Positions 18,660-27,550 of a stretch of DNA of 64,000 nt are shown one piece after another. Source of the stretch: Candidatus Methylomirabilia bacterium. Lineage in GTDB: Bacteria; Methylomirabilota; Methylomirabilia; Rokubacteriales; CSP1-6. Made by a program: the position numbers and the translations under genes. How positions within the stretch are numbered: position 1 is the first letter of the stretch; every line of letters begins with the position of its first letter. The stretch is from NCBI GenBank assembly GCA_046758965.1, contig JBHIBG010000007.1:5276-69275 (forward strand), given 5' to 3'. The notes beneath the pieces are model-generated. The model was not told where the DNA came from. It searched no databases and saw only the letters and a list, made by a program, of their open reading frames with translations.

Positions 18660-20381
18660 ATGCGGGCCCCTTCCATCTGCGCCGCTCTCGTTGCTGCCCT
18701 CCTTTTCTTCGTTGGCCTCGGAGCGCCGCCGTTTATCGATCCTCCCGAAGGGTTCCACGTCCAGATCGCTCGCGAGATGGGGGAGCGTGGTGACTGGATC
18801 ACCCCCCACCTGAACAGTGTCCGCTATCTCAACAAGCCACCGCTCCCCTACTGGCTGATGGCAGCTTCGTTCCTGCCGGCGGGCCCGACCCCGTTTGCTG
18901 CGCGGGTCTGGCAGGCCCTCGCCGCAGTGGCCTTGGCCGCCCTGACCGCGCGTCTGGGCGTGTGGCTCGGGGGGCCGCGGCTCGGGCTTCTGGCCGGCCT
19001 CATGGTCGCCGCCAACCTCGGGATCTTCGTGTTTGGCCGCATCGTCAAGCCCGACCTGGTCTTCATCCTCTGCATCATGGTGGCGTTTGCCGGGTTCGCG
19101 CGCGCTTACCTCAAAGGAGAGCGCTGGCCGCTGGCGGTCTTCTACGCCGGCCTCGGCCTCGCCGCCATGGCAAAGGACATCCTGGGTGCCTTGGGACCGA
19201 TGGTCGCCGTGGCCGTCTTCCTATGGCTCACGCGCGAACGGCAACCTCTCCGGTGGATCCCGTGGTGGGGTATCACGCTGTTCGCGCTGCTGGCGCTGCC
19301 GTGGTACGTGGCGGTCGAACTCCTCAACCCGGGGTTTCTCTGGTACACGGTCGTCGACAACCATCTCCTGAATTTCGCCAGGGAGCGCGTCTTTCCGGAC
19401 GAGGATGTCCCGCTGAGCGCGCTCGAGTTCGTTAGTGTCACCACCCTCGCCTTCTTGCCGTGGGCGCTCGCCGTGCCGTGGGCGCTCGCCCGCGCCTTCC
19501 GGCGGCCCTGGAAGGATGCCACGGCGCGGCTTTGGATGCTGCTGGCGCTCTGGGCGGTGGTGGTCCTCGGCTTCTTTACGCTGTCACCGTTCAAGCTCCC
19601 TCACTACGGGCTGCCCGCCTTTCCGGCGCTCGCGCTACTGGTCGCGCGTGAGTGGGATGAGGCGATCGAGAGAGCGCCTGGGGCCATTTCTCCTCGGCTG
19701 CTGCTGACCCCCGTGCTCTTGCTGCTGGTGCTGGTCACGCTGGCAGTGATCGCGGTATGGGCTGGTCTCCTCGCCCTTCCGTCCGGCGCGCTCGAGGCCG
19801 TCGACGTGGCGGCGCGCAATCTGGCAGCGAAGGGGGAACGCGCGCCGCCGCTCTTCGACTGGTTCCAGCCGCTCTTTGTCGCGCTGGCCATCACGCTCGG
19901 CCTGGCTGCCTGCGCGATGGTCGTCGCGGTGTGGCGGCGTGCAGTGGGGTTCGGGTGTGGCGTTGCCCTAACCGCGATGGCGGTGTTTCTTCTGATCGCC
20001 GGCGAGGGGATCGAGCGGTTCGCCCGGAGTCGCTCGGCTGACCCGATCGTGCAGGCGCTGCTGGTCCGGGCTCGGCCTGCGGATCTGATCGTGCACGAAG
20101 GTCCATTGGAGAATAGCGGCTCCGTGCTCCTGGCGTTGCAGGACCCCGTTCGCGTGGTGGATGGTCTCCGGTCGAATTTGGCCTTCGGTGCCACATTTCC
20201 TGATGCTCGAGCGCTCTTCTGGGATCGTTCTCGCCTTCGGGAGGAGTGGACGATGGGCCGGCGATTCCTCATCTCGGTGGTCAGTCCCGAGCAAAGCGTG
20301 GTACGCGGGCTTCCGCCGGGCACCGTCCACCTCATCGCGCGCTCCGGGAATCGGTGGCTCTACGCGAACATCGCTGAGTGA
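18660..20381 (+). CDS. GT39/ArnT-like membrane glycosyltransferase (dolichyl-phosphate-mannose-protein mannosyltransferase family).
   Basis: PPFIDPPEGFHVQIAREMGERGDWITPHLNSVRYLNKPPLPYW is the ArnT/PMT N-terminal signature loop. There are more than 10 TM helices and a C-terminal soluble domain. The ORF opens at 18588 (GTG); the Met at 18660 precedes the first TM. Confidence 0.75.
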   Translation: MRAPSICAALVAALLFFVGLGAPPFIDPPEGFHVQIAREMGERGDWITPHLNSVRYLNKPPLPYWLMAASFLPAGPTPFAARVWQALAAVALAALTARLGVWLGGPRLGLLAGLMVAANLGIFVFGRIVKPDLVFILCIMVAFAGFARAYLKGERWPLAVFYAGLGLAAMAKDILGALGPMVAVAVFLWLTRERQPLRWIPWWGITLFALLALPWYVAVELLNPGFLWYTVVDNHLLNFARERVFPDEDVPLSALEFVSVTTLAFLPWALAVPWALARAFRRPWKDATARLWMLLALWAVVVLGFFTLSPFKLPHYGLPAFPALALLVAREWDEAIERAPGAISPRLLLTPVLLLLVLVTLAVIAVWAGLLALPSGALEAVDVAARNLAAKGERAPPLFDWFQPLFVALAITLGLAACAMVVAVWRRAVGFGCGVALTAMAVFLLIAGEGIERFARSRSADPIVQALLVRARPADLIVHEGPLENSGSVLLALQDPVRVVDGLRSNLAFGATFPDARALFWDRSRLREEWTMGRRFLISVVSPEQSVVRGLPPGTVHLIARSGNRWLYANIAE

Positions 20382-20568
20382 ATGTGCGGGCGGGGTCTGG
20401 CACCGGAAGTATAGGGTCGCAGAACGGAGCAGGCTCGGTGAAGGTGTCTGCGGGTTTGACGGCCTTGCCGCGCCGGAGCATGATATGGTGCGTGGCAGGA
20501 TTCAGTGTGGCAGTCGGATCATCTCGGGAGCTGGCGGGGCGCCCGCGCTGAACGGTTTGAGAAGCTGG

Positions 20569-20937
20569 ATGATCGCACAGTGGGCGTGGGAACTGATCGA
20601 GCCGTATCTCGAGAGGAACCTGGCCGGGCGCGGAGTGGAGCGCCCCTCGAAAAAGGAGATGCTGGCGGAGTTCGGGCGCGTGTGGTCGGACTTCTCCGCG
20701 ACCATCATGGTGCAGGAGCCCTGGATGGGCACGATCCGATTCAAGCGCCTGGTCAAACTGCCATCTTCCGAGATGGAACGATTTCTCGAGGACCCGATGA
20801 GCTTCATCGGAGAGCGCTTCGGCGGCGGCAAATTCAAGGTAAACTTCCACTACGGCATGCACTTTGTCAGCACCAAGAACTTCAAGCCGGAGGGGCCCCC
20901 GATCTGGAAGGACCTCCCCGAGCTGGCGGAGGATTGA
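20569..20937 (+). CDS. Hypothetical protein.
   Basis: The tail of ORF 20161..20937 beyond the end of the upstream gene (20381). The frame is coherent and the codon usage is GC-rich. There is no family match. Alternative start GTG/ATG near 20485. Confidence 0.35.
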   Translation: MIAQWAWELIEPYLERNLAGRGVERPSKKEMLAEFGRVWSDFSATIMVQEPWMGTIRFKRLVKLPSSEMERFLEDPMSFIGERFGGGKFKVNFHYGMHFVSTKNFKPEGPPIWKDLPELAED

Positions 20938-20940
20938 CCC

Positions 20941-21120
20941 ATGCCGAGCGATGAGACCCGTCGGATGCTGAAGGTATTTGGAGTCGCAGTCACGGCATAC
21001 GAGGATGCCGTCGAGAAACGGGCCGCTCCCCAGGAGCTGGCGAAGGCTGAAGCCGAGGTCCGCACCCGTCTTCAAGAGATCACCGCCCTCATCGAGCGCC
21101 TCAACGCCAAGAAGCCGTGA
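20941..21120 (+). CDS. Small (59 aa) helical hypothetical protein; not in the ORF track because it is under 60 aa.
   Basis: ATG 20941 to TGA 21118-21120 translates to MPSDETRRMLKVFGVAVTAYEDAVEKRAAPQELAKAEAEVRTRLQEITALIERLNAKKP. Its stop overlaps the GTG start of the next gene (GTGA). Confidence 0.35.
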   Translation: MPSDETRRMLKVFGVAVTAYEDAVEKRAAPQELAKAEAEVRTRLQEITALIERLNAKKP

Positions 21121-21932
21121 TGCTCGGCCCTGTCACTGATGCCTCGGGTGTGGTGTTCGCCGCCCAGACCCCGCCCAGCCGCATCGTCTCTCTGATCCCG
21201 TCGATTACCGAGACGCTCTTCGCCCTGGGGCTGGGAGATGCCATAGCGGGCGTCACCATCTTCTGCGTCGAGCCGCGCCAGGGGGTGGTGGGGAAGGCCA
21301 AAGTGGGCGGCCAGAAAAACCCCAAGCTCGACCTGATCCGGTCGCTGAAACCCGATCTGGTGGTCGCCAACATCGAGGAGAACCTCAAGGAGCACGTGGA
21401 GACACTCCGGGGGTGGGGAATCCCCGTGTTCGTCACCTACCCCAGGACGGTGTGGGAAGGGATCGAGATGGTCAAGGAGCTGGGGATGGTCACCGGCGCC
21501 GATGCGCGGGCGGAGGAGGTCGCTTCAGGGCTCGAGTCCCTCTACCGGCAGGCGGTGAGCCTCTCGAAGGCGCGCGGCCCGGTCCGGGTCTTCTGCCCAA
21601 TCTGGCGCAACCCCTATATGACCGTTAACCGCGACACCTACATGCACGATATGATCCGCCTCTCCGGCGGAGAGAACGTATTCGCTGATCGGCCCGAGCG
21701 CTATCCCCAGGTGAGCCTTGAGGAGGTGGCCGTGGCCCGCCCCGAGGTCATCCTGCTTCCCGACGAGCCCTACCGCTTTCGGACGGCTCACATCGCCGAC
21801 TTCGAGGCGTTCGAGGACGCACCGGCGGTGCGGGACCGGCGCATCCACCTCGTGGACGGCAAGCGGCTCTGCTGGTACGGCCCGCGGATCGCGGAGGCGC
21901 TCGAGACGTTGCCGTCCCTGCTCAGAGTGTAG
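21117..21932 (+). CDS. BtuF-like (helical-backbone, cluster A) ABC substrate-binding protein homologue with no obvious signal peptide.
   Basis: RIVSLIPSITETLFALGLGDAIAGVT matches the BtuF/FhuD start (VVSLSPS.TE.L.ALG..D.LVGV). The product is about 270 aa. No hydrophobic leader, permease or ATPase is adjacent. Confidence 0.65.
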   Translation: MMLGPVTDASGVVFAAQTPPSRIVSLIPSITETLFALGLGDAIAGVTIFCVEPRQGVVGKAKVGGQKNPKLDLIRSLKPDLVVANIEENLKEHVETLRGWGIPVFVTYPRTVWEGIEMVKELGMVTGADARAEEVASGLESLYRQAVSLSKARGPVRVFCPIWRNPYMTVNRDTYMHDMIRLSGGENVFADRPERYPQVSLEEVAVARPEVILLPDEPYRFRTAHIADFEAFEDAPAVRDRRIHLVDGKRLCWYGPRIAEALETLPSLLRV

Positions 21933-21937
21933 GCTGG

Positions 21938-22396
21938 TTACTCTACCTCCAAGATCATCTCGATCTCCACGGGGATGCCCATCGGGAGTTCGGCCATCCC
22001 CACCGCCGAGCGGGCGTGGCGACCAGCCTCACCGAACACTTCCACCATGAGATCCGAGAAGCCGTTGATGACCTTGGGGTGATCGTTGAATCCTTCAGCC
22101 GACGCCACCATTCCCAGGACCTTCACCACACGTTTGACCTTGTCCAGACTCCCCAAGGCGGCTCGTGCCGAAGCCAGGAGACTCACCCCTACCTCCCGCG
22201 CGACCTGGTAGCCCTCCTCGACCGAGAGATCCTTCCCGAGCTTGCCGCGCCGTGTCGCCTTGCCCTCGCGAAGTGGGCCGTGACCGGCGAGGTAGAGCAG
22301 GTTTCCGACCCGCACGGATGGGATATAGTTGGCAACGGGTTTCACTGGTTCGGGGAGGGTGATGCTCAGCTCCTTGAGTCGCGCTTCAGCTCCCAT
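21938..22396 (-). CDS. RidA/YjgF family protein.
   Basis: The length of about 150 aa and the NLLYLAGHGP and C-terminal PVEIEMILEVE elements are typical of the Rid family. RBS GGAGG lies 8 nt before ATG 22396. Confidence 0.8.
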   Translation of the reverse strand: MGAEARLKELSITLPEPVKPVANYIPSVRVGNLLYLAGHGPLREGKATRRGKLGKDLSVEEGYQVAREVGVSLLASARAALGSLDKVKRVVKVLGMVASAEGFNDHPKVINGFSDLMVEVFGEAGRHARSAVGMAELPMGIPVEIEMILEVE

Positions 22397-22473
22397 GATG
22401 GTGACCTCCTTGGATGTTGGCAGAGCGGCGCCATCGTGGCACAATCACTTGTCGCTGTCAACGGAGAGACCTG

Positions 22474-23277
22474 ATGAGATCACCGAGCCGCCCTGTCGAG
22501 CCGTCTCCTGCTGCTACACTGGTGCTCCTTCGTGATCGTCCTGATGAGGGGATCGAGGTCTTGCTGGTCGAGCGTCACCGGGAGAGCAAGTTCGCGGGGG
22601 GAGCCTTCGTCTTCCCTGGTGGGAGGGTCGGGTCAGAAGATCTCCTGGATGGCCTCGAGGCTCGGTGCGTTGGGATTTCAGCGGACCGCGCACAGGCCCG
22701 GCTCGGAGGCCTCACGCCTGCTGAGAAGGCCCTCGGCTACTGGGTGGCGGCGATCCGGGAAACCTTTGAAGAAGTCGGGATGCTCATGGCCTATGACCGG
22801 GATGGCAGGGTCGTGCGGTTCACCGGGACGGACGGAGAGAGGTTCGCGGCCTACCGGCGCGCCTGCCAGCAGGACGGAAACGTCTTCTGGCAGATGCTCG
22901 GGAGAGAAGCCCTCACGCTGGCCGCCGACCGCCTCGTCTACTTTGCCCACTGGGTTACCCCGGAGGAGAACTCGATTCGCTTCGATACTCGCTTCTTCGC
23001 TGCCGAGGCGCCCCCGGAGCAGGAAGCTACGGCAGATGAGCGCGAGGTCGTGGCGGTCCGTTGGCTCAAGCCGGCCGAGGCGCTGGAGGCGTATCGGCGG
23101 GGAGAGCTGTCATTGCGCCTCCCGACGATCAAGAACCTGGAGCTGCTGGTCGGGCGCTCGGTTGCCGAGGTCGTAGCCGGCCTCAACGGTCGCTCCGTCC
23201 CGACGATCAGACCCCGGATCATCGCTGACGGCAACAGCCGCCGGGTGCTGCTCCCCACCGACCCCGGCTGGTACTGA
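22474..23277 (+). CDS. NUDIX hydrolase.
   Basis: Nudix box context GGAFVFPGGRV...EALGYWVAAIRETFEEVGMLMA (Gx5Ex7REUxEExGU-like). Confidence 0.75.
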   Translation: MRSPSRPVEPSPAATLVLLRDRPDEGIEVLLVERHRESKFAGGAFVFPGGRVGSEDLLDGLEARCVGISADRAQARLGGLTPAEKALGYWVAAIRETFEEVGMLMAYDRDGRVVRFTGTDGERFAAYRRACQQDGNVFWQMLGREALTLAADRLVYFAHWVTPEENSIRFDTRFFAAEAPPEQEATADEREVVAVRWLKPAEALEAYRRGELSLRLPTIKNLELLVGRSVAEVVAGLNGRSVPTIRPRIIADGNSRRVLLPTDPGWY

Positions 23278-23341
23278 GCCACCTCCCGCATCGGCTCCGA
23301 TTGTGAGGGGAGTAAGCCGAGTGGCGCTCGCTGACAGGACG

Positions 23342-24331
23342 ATGCTCGCAGGCTCTACGGCCGTGCTGCTCCTCGCCGGTGCGCTGCTGGCAGGATCGGG
23401 GTGCGCCAGCGGGTCGGGGGTCGCGTGGGAAACGACCTTCGGGCGGGACCATCCGCTCACGGGGCGAATCTGGGATGTGTCAGCCGCCAGCTTCCTCGAT
23501 CGCCCGACCCTGGCCAGCCGTCTGGCTCGCGGTCGGTTCGTGCTGCTCGGGGAGAAGCACGACAACCCCGACCACCACGGGCTGCAGGCCGGGCTGCTCC
23601 GCTCCCTGATCACCGTCGGACGCCGTCCCGCCGTGGGCTTCGAGATGTTCAGCACTGACGATGCGCCCGCGATTGCGAGGCATCTCGCCACGGCTCCGAC
23701 CGATGCCGCGGGGCTTGCGGAGGCCGTTCACTGGGACGAGAGAGGCTGGCCGGACTGGGTGCTGTATCAACCGATCGCTGAGGCCGCCCTCGAGGCGGGG
23801 TTGCCGATCGTCGCGACCAACCTCAGCCCGGCCACGGCCCGGACGCTGGGCCGCGAGGGCGTGAGCGCCCTCGACCGGGCGGTGGTGGTCCGGCTCGACC
23901 TCGATCGCCCGCTGCCGCCGGACATTTACGCGGAGATGGCGGCCGAAATCCGCGAGGCCCATTGCGGCTACGTATCCGGGGCAGCGATCGAAGCGATGGT
24001 AACCGTGCAGAGGGCACGAGATGCCCAGATGGCAGAGAGCCTTGTCGCTTCCGGCTCCCAGGACGGCGCGGTGCTGGTTGCGGGCGCCGGGCACGTCCGA
24101 AACGACCGAGGCATCCCGGCCCATCTTGCTGCCAGAGCGCCGGGTGAGACGGTGATCAGCCTGGCGTTTGTCGAGGTTGGGGACGGCGAGACTGAGCCGC
24201 CGGCGTACGCGCGGAGATTCGGCCGGGACAGGTTGCCCTTCGACTATGTCTGGTTCACGCCCCGTCTCGACGACCTGGACCCCTGCGAGAAATTCAGGAA
24301 AGAGCTGGAGCGGCTGAGAAAGCCGGGGTGA
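23342..24331 (+). CDS. ChaN-family lipoprotein (PF04187, haem-binding/uptake, Tiki-like).
   Basis: Lipoprotein signal with lipobox LLAGSGC. Family motif VLLGEKHDNPDHH (GExHD). The length is about 330 aa. Confidence 0.7.
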   Translation: MLAGSTAVLLLAGALLAGSGCASGSGVAWETTFGRDHPLTGRIWDVSAASFLDRPTLASRLARGRFVLLGEKHDNPDHHGLQAGLLRSLITVGRRPAVGFEMFSTDDAPAIARHLATAPTDAAGLAEAVHWDERGWPDWVLYQPIAEAALEAGLPIVATNLSPATARTLGREGVSALDRAVVVRLDLDRPLPPDIYAEMAAEIREAHCGYVSGAAIEAMVTVQRARDAQMAESLVASGSQDGAVLVAGAGHVRNDRGIPAHLAARAPGETVISLAFVEVGDGETEPPAYARRFGRDRLPFDYVWFTPRLDDLDPCEKFRKELERLRKPG

Positions 24332-24383
24332 CGGGGAAGGCCCGCCGGGCGAACAGTCGCAAGAGAACGAGGCCGAGCTGGCC

Positions 24384-25412
24384 TTACGGGAGCAGGACGA
24401 GCTTGCCGAACTGCTTTCCTTCAGCCAGGATTCGCTGGGCCTCGACGCCGTCTTTCAACGGGAAGATCCGGTCGACGATCGGCTGGAGCCGGCCTCGGAA
24501 GAGCTGGGTCATCACGGCGAGGAACTCTTTCCGGTTGGCCATGGTCGAGCCGATGATCCGGAGCTGCTTCCAGAAGACGACCCGGATATCGGTCTCGCCG
24601 ATCGGACCGGTGGTCGCGCCGCACGTGACGAGGCGTCCGTTCTTCGCCAGGACGCGGAGAGAGTGGTTCCACGTGGCCGTCCCCACGGTTTCCACCACCA
24701 CGTCCACGCCCCGCTTGCCGGTCTTCTCCCAAACCACCTTGGCCCATTCTGTGTTGCCGTAGTTGATGCACTCATCGGCGCCCAGGGCCTTGGCCCGCTC
24801 GAGCTTCTCGTCGCTCGACGAGGTGACCCAGACGCGGGCGCCGCAGAGCTTGCCGATCTGCACCGCCGCCGAGGACACCCCGCCCCCGACCCCGAGAATG
24901 AGCAGGTCCTCACCGGGGCGCAGCGCGGCCTGGGTGACGAGCATGCGCCAGGCAGTCATGTTCACCAGGATGAAGGCCGCGGCGGCCTCGAAGCTGACCG
25001 CGTCGGGGAGCTTGAGCACGTTTCTCCCGTCCACGTTGACGTACTCGGCAAGCCCTCCGCAGGCATGCTCTCCCAGAATCCCGTAGGTGACGCAGAGGCT
25101 GTCCTCCCCCTGGTTGCAGTACTCGCACCGACCACAGCTGAGGTTCGGATTGATCGCCACACGGTCACCGACGTTGACCCCCTGAACCTCGGCGCCGACC
25201 TTCACCGCCTCACCGGCGATGTCGGAGCCAGTCCAGAAGGGAAGGGGGGTCTGGAGCGCAGGCAAGCCGTTACGGACCCAGAGGTCCAGATGGTTGAGCG
25301 CGCAGGCGCGGACTCTGATGAGGACCTCCCCCGGGCCGCTGACGGGGTCAGCGGTATCGTCGTAGCGGAGCACTTCAGGGCCGCCAAACTGCCGGAAGAG
25401 CAGCGCTTTCAC
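24384..25412 (-). CDS. Zinc-type medium-chain dehydrogenase/reductase (quinone oxidoreductase-like).
   Basis: MKALLFRQFGGPEVLRYDD...GEVLIRVRACALNHLD and the Rossmann motif LILGVGGGVSSAAVQI. Confidence 0.85.
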   Translation of the reverse strand: MKALLFRQFGGPEVLRYDDTADPVSGPGEVLIRVRACALNHLDLWVRNGLPALQTPLPFWTGSDIAGEAVKVGAEVQGVNVGDRVAINPNLSCGRCEYCNQGEDSLCVTYGILGEHACGGLAEYVNVDGRNVLKLPDAVSFEAAAAFILVNMTAWRMLVTQAALRPGEDLLILGVGGGVSSAAVQIGKLCGARVWVTSSSDEKLERAKALGADECINYGNTEWAKVVWEKTGKRGVDVVVETVGTATWNHSLRVLAKNGRLVTCGATTGPIGETDIRVVFWKQLRIIGSTMANRKEFLAVMTQLFRGRLQPIVDRIFPLKDGVEAQRILAEGKQFGKLVLLP

Positions 25413-25447
25413 CGATCCGCCTCTCGCCCGGGAGTGTCGGCCCTCGC

Positions 25448-26485
25448 TTATGGCACCAGCACCAGCTTGCCGAACTGGGCCCGGTTCTCCATGACCCGCT
25501 GAGCCTCGGCCGCGTCCTTCAGGGGGAGGACACGGTCCACCACGGGCCGGATTCTCCCCGCCTCCACGAGCCTCAGCGCTTCCAGGAGTTCGGCCTTCGA
25601 GCCTTGGTGGGAGCCCAACAGCGAAAGTTGTTTGTTGAACAGCAGACGCAGGTCAGTCTTGGCCTCGAAGCCCGTGGTGTTGCCGCAGATGACGAGCCGT
25701 CCGCCCCACGCCATGGCGGCAATCGAGCGCTCCCAAGTGGCCTGGCCGACGTGCTCGAACACCAGCTCCACCCCTTTCCGGTTCGTGATCTTGCGGACCT
25801 CAGACACCACGTCTTGGCTCGAGTGGTTGAGGACATGGTTGGCGCCCAGGGCCTTGGCTTTCTCCAGCTTGGCGTCACTCCCGGCCACTCCGATCACGCG
25901 GGCCCCCATGAGCTTGGCGATCTGGATCGCGATGCTTCCGATCCCGCTCCCCGCGCCCCAGATCAGAACGTCCTCGCCCGGGAGGAGGCGGGCGCGGGTC
26001 ACCAGCATGTGCCAGGTGGTGAGGAGCACCAGCGGGAGGGAGGCGGCTTCCTCCCACGAGAGATTCGCCGGCTTGGGAATCGCATTGGCCTCGGGGATCC
26101 TGGCGTATTCGGCGTGGCCGCCGTCGAGCGGCCCGGTCTGAAACCCCCAGATCTTGAACTGGCGGCAGAAATACTCCTGCCCTCGCGTACAGGCCTCGCA
26201 GATGCGGCATGAGAGAGCGGGGTGGACGACGACCTCCTGTCCGGCCTTGACGGAGGTCACCGCGCTGCCGACCTGGGTGACGACGCCGGCGGCATCGCTC
26301 CCCGAGATATGCGGGAGATCGAATTTCATGCCCGGCAGGCCCTGACGGGCCCACAGGTCGTTGTAGTTGCACCCGGAGGCCTTCACCTGGATCACAACGT
26401 CGTGGGGCCCCGGCCCCGGCTCCGGGACATCTTCGTATTTGAGAACCTCCGGCCCACCGTGCTGGTGAAAGACGCTAGCTTTCAT
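25448..26485 (-). CDS. Zinc-type medium-chain dehydrogenase/reductase (second paralogue).
   Basis: MKASVFHQHGGPEVLKYEDVPEP...VIQVKASGCNYNDL and the Rossmann motif LIWGAGSGIGSIAIQI. Confidence 0.85.
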   Translation of the reverse strand: MKASVFHQHGGPEVLKYEDVPEPGPGPHDVVIQVKASGCNYNDLWARQGLPGMKFDLPHISGSDAAGVVTQVGSAVTSVKAGQEVVVHPALSCRICEACTRGQEYFCRQFKIWGFQTGPLDGGHAEYARIPEANAIPKPANLSWEEAASLPLVLLTTWHMLVTRARLLPGEDVLIWGAGSGIGSIAIQIAKLMGARVIGVAGSDAKLEKAKALGANHVLNHSSQDVVSEVRKITNRKGVELVFEHVGQATWERSIAAMAWGGRLVICGNTTGFEAKTDLRLLFNKQLSLLGSHQGSKAELLEALRLVEAGRIRPVVDRVLPLKDAAEAQRVMENRAQFGKLVLVP

Positions 26486-26530
26486 CGTGCTCTCCTCTCG
26501 TCAAGTTCCTCTGGGCTCCTGGGCCCCGGG

Positions 26531-27550
26531 TCAGGACGCAGCGAACGCCTTCACCAGCGCTGGCCAGCGGGGGTCATTCAAGTCCGGCTGGGTCATCTGG
26601 TAGAAGGAGACGCGATCGAGCAGCCCGGCATAGCGTTCCTGGATGCGCTGGGCGATGGTCTCGTACGTTCCTGTCACGGCATAGGTGTCTACCATCTCAT
26701 CGGTGATCAAGCCAGCCATCCCCTGCCAGTCCCCTTCCACGGACTTCCGGTGGAGCTTCGGGGTCAGATCCTGCCAGCCGTGGGCCGCCAGCACCGGCTC
26801 GTAGGTCCGCGTGGAGGCGTAGAAGGAGATCTGCTGCTTGACCACCTGCCTCGCCTCGGCGACCTCTTTCTCGGTCTCTCCGACAATGACGAAGGCCGAG
26901 GTGGCGTAGGTAAAGTCACTCCGCGTTCGGCCCGACTTGGCGAGCCCCTCTTCAACCGCGGGGTGGACGAACTCGCGCAGATACTTCGGGCTGTTGAAGG
27001 GGTGGACGTGAAGGCCGTCGCAGACCTCCCCGGCAAGCTGGCACATGTACCGGTTGACCGCCGCGATGTAGATCGGGATCTCAGGGTGCTCGATCGGCCC
27101 GGGGTTGAAGAACGGGGTCATCAGATCAAAGGTGTAGAACTTCCCTTTGAAACTGAGCTTGGTGCCATTCTGCCAGCAGTCCCAGATCGCCCGAAGCGCC
27201 AGGATGACCTCGCGGAGCCGGGGTCCGGGCGCTTCCCACTTCACCGAGAAGCGCCGCTCGTTGTGTCCCTTCACCTGAGTGCCGAGCCCCAAAATGAAGC
27301 GTCCCCCCGAGGCGTCCTGGAGGTCCCAGGCGCTGTGAGCCAGGATCATGGGACTCCGCGGGAAGGCCACGGCGATCGAGGTGCCGAGCGTGAGCCTGGA
27401 AGTGGTGGAGGCAGCCACGGCCAGGGGGAGGAACGGGTCGTGCTGAGTCTCGGAGGACCAGAGGCAATCGAAGCCCATCGCCTCCACCGTGCGGGCGCAG
27501 TCGCCGATCCTCGTGAGGTCGTGAGTCAAGAGCCCGATATCCAGTTTCAC
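26531..27550 (-). CDS. LLM-class (luciferase-like) flavin/F420-dependent oxidoreductase.
   Basis: TIM-barrel LLM blocks (GFDCLWSSETQHDPF, RFILGLGTQ). The length is 339 aa. It overlaps the upstream ligase stop by 4 nt. Confidence 0.8.
   Translation of the reverse strand: MKLDIGLLTHDLTRIGDCARTVEAMGFDCLWSSETQHDPFLPLAVAASTTSRLTLGTSIAVAFPRSPMILAHSAWDLQDASGGRFILGLGTQVKGHNERRFSVKWEAPGPRLREVILALRAIWDCWQNGTKLSFKGKFYTFDLMTPFFNPGPIEHPEIPIYIAAVNRYMCQLAGEVCDGLHVHPFNSPKYLREFVHPAVEEGLAKSGRTRSDFTYATSAFVIVGETEKEVAEARQVVKQQISFYASTRTYEPVLAAHGWQDLTPKLHRKSVEGDWQGMAGLITDEMVDTYAVTGTYETIAQRIQERYAGLLDRVSFYQMTQPDLNDPRWPALVKAFAAS

Noticed and set aside
20385-20570. Possible cobalamin riboswitch upstream of the BtuF-like gene.
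   Set aside because: Only a loose 'ggtgaag' and a cagtgtggc element (B12-box-like on the opposite strand) were found. The conserved GCCACTG core and the paired stems could not be traced, and the BtuF-like gene has no transporter partners.
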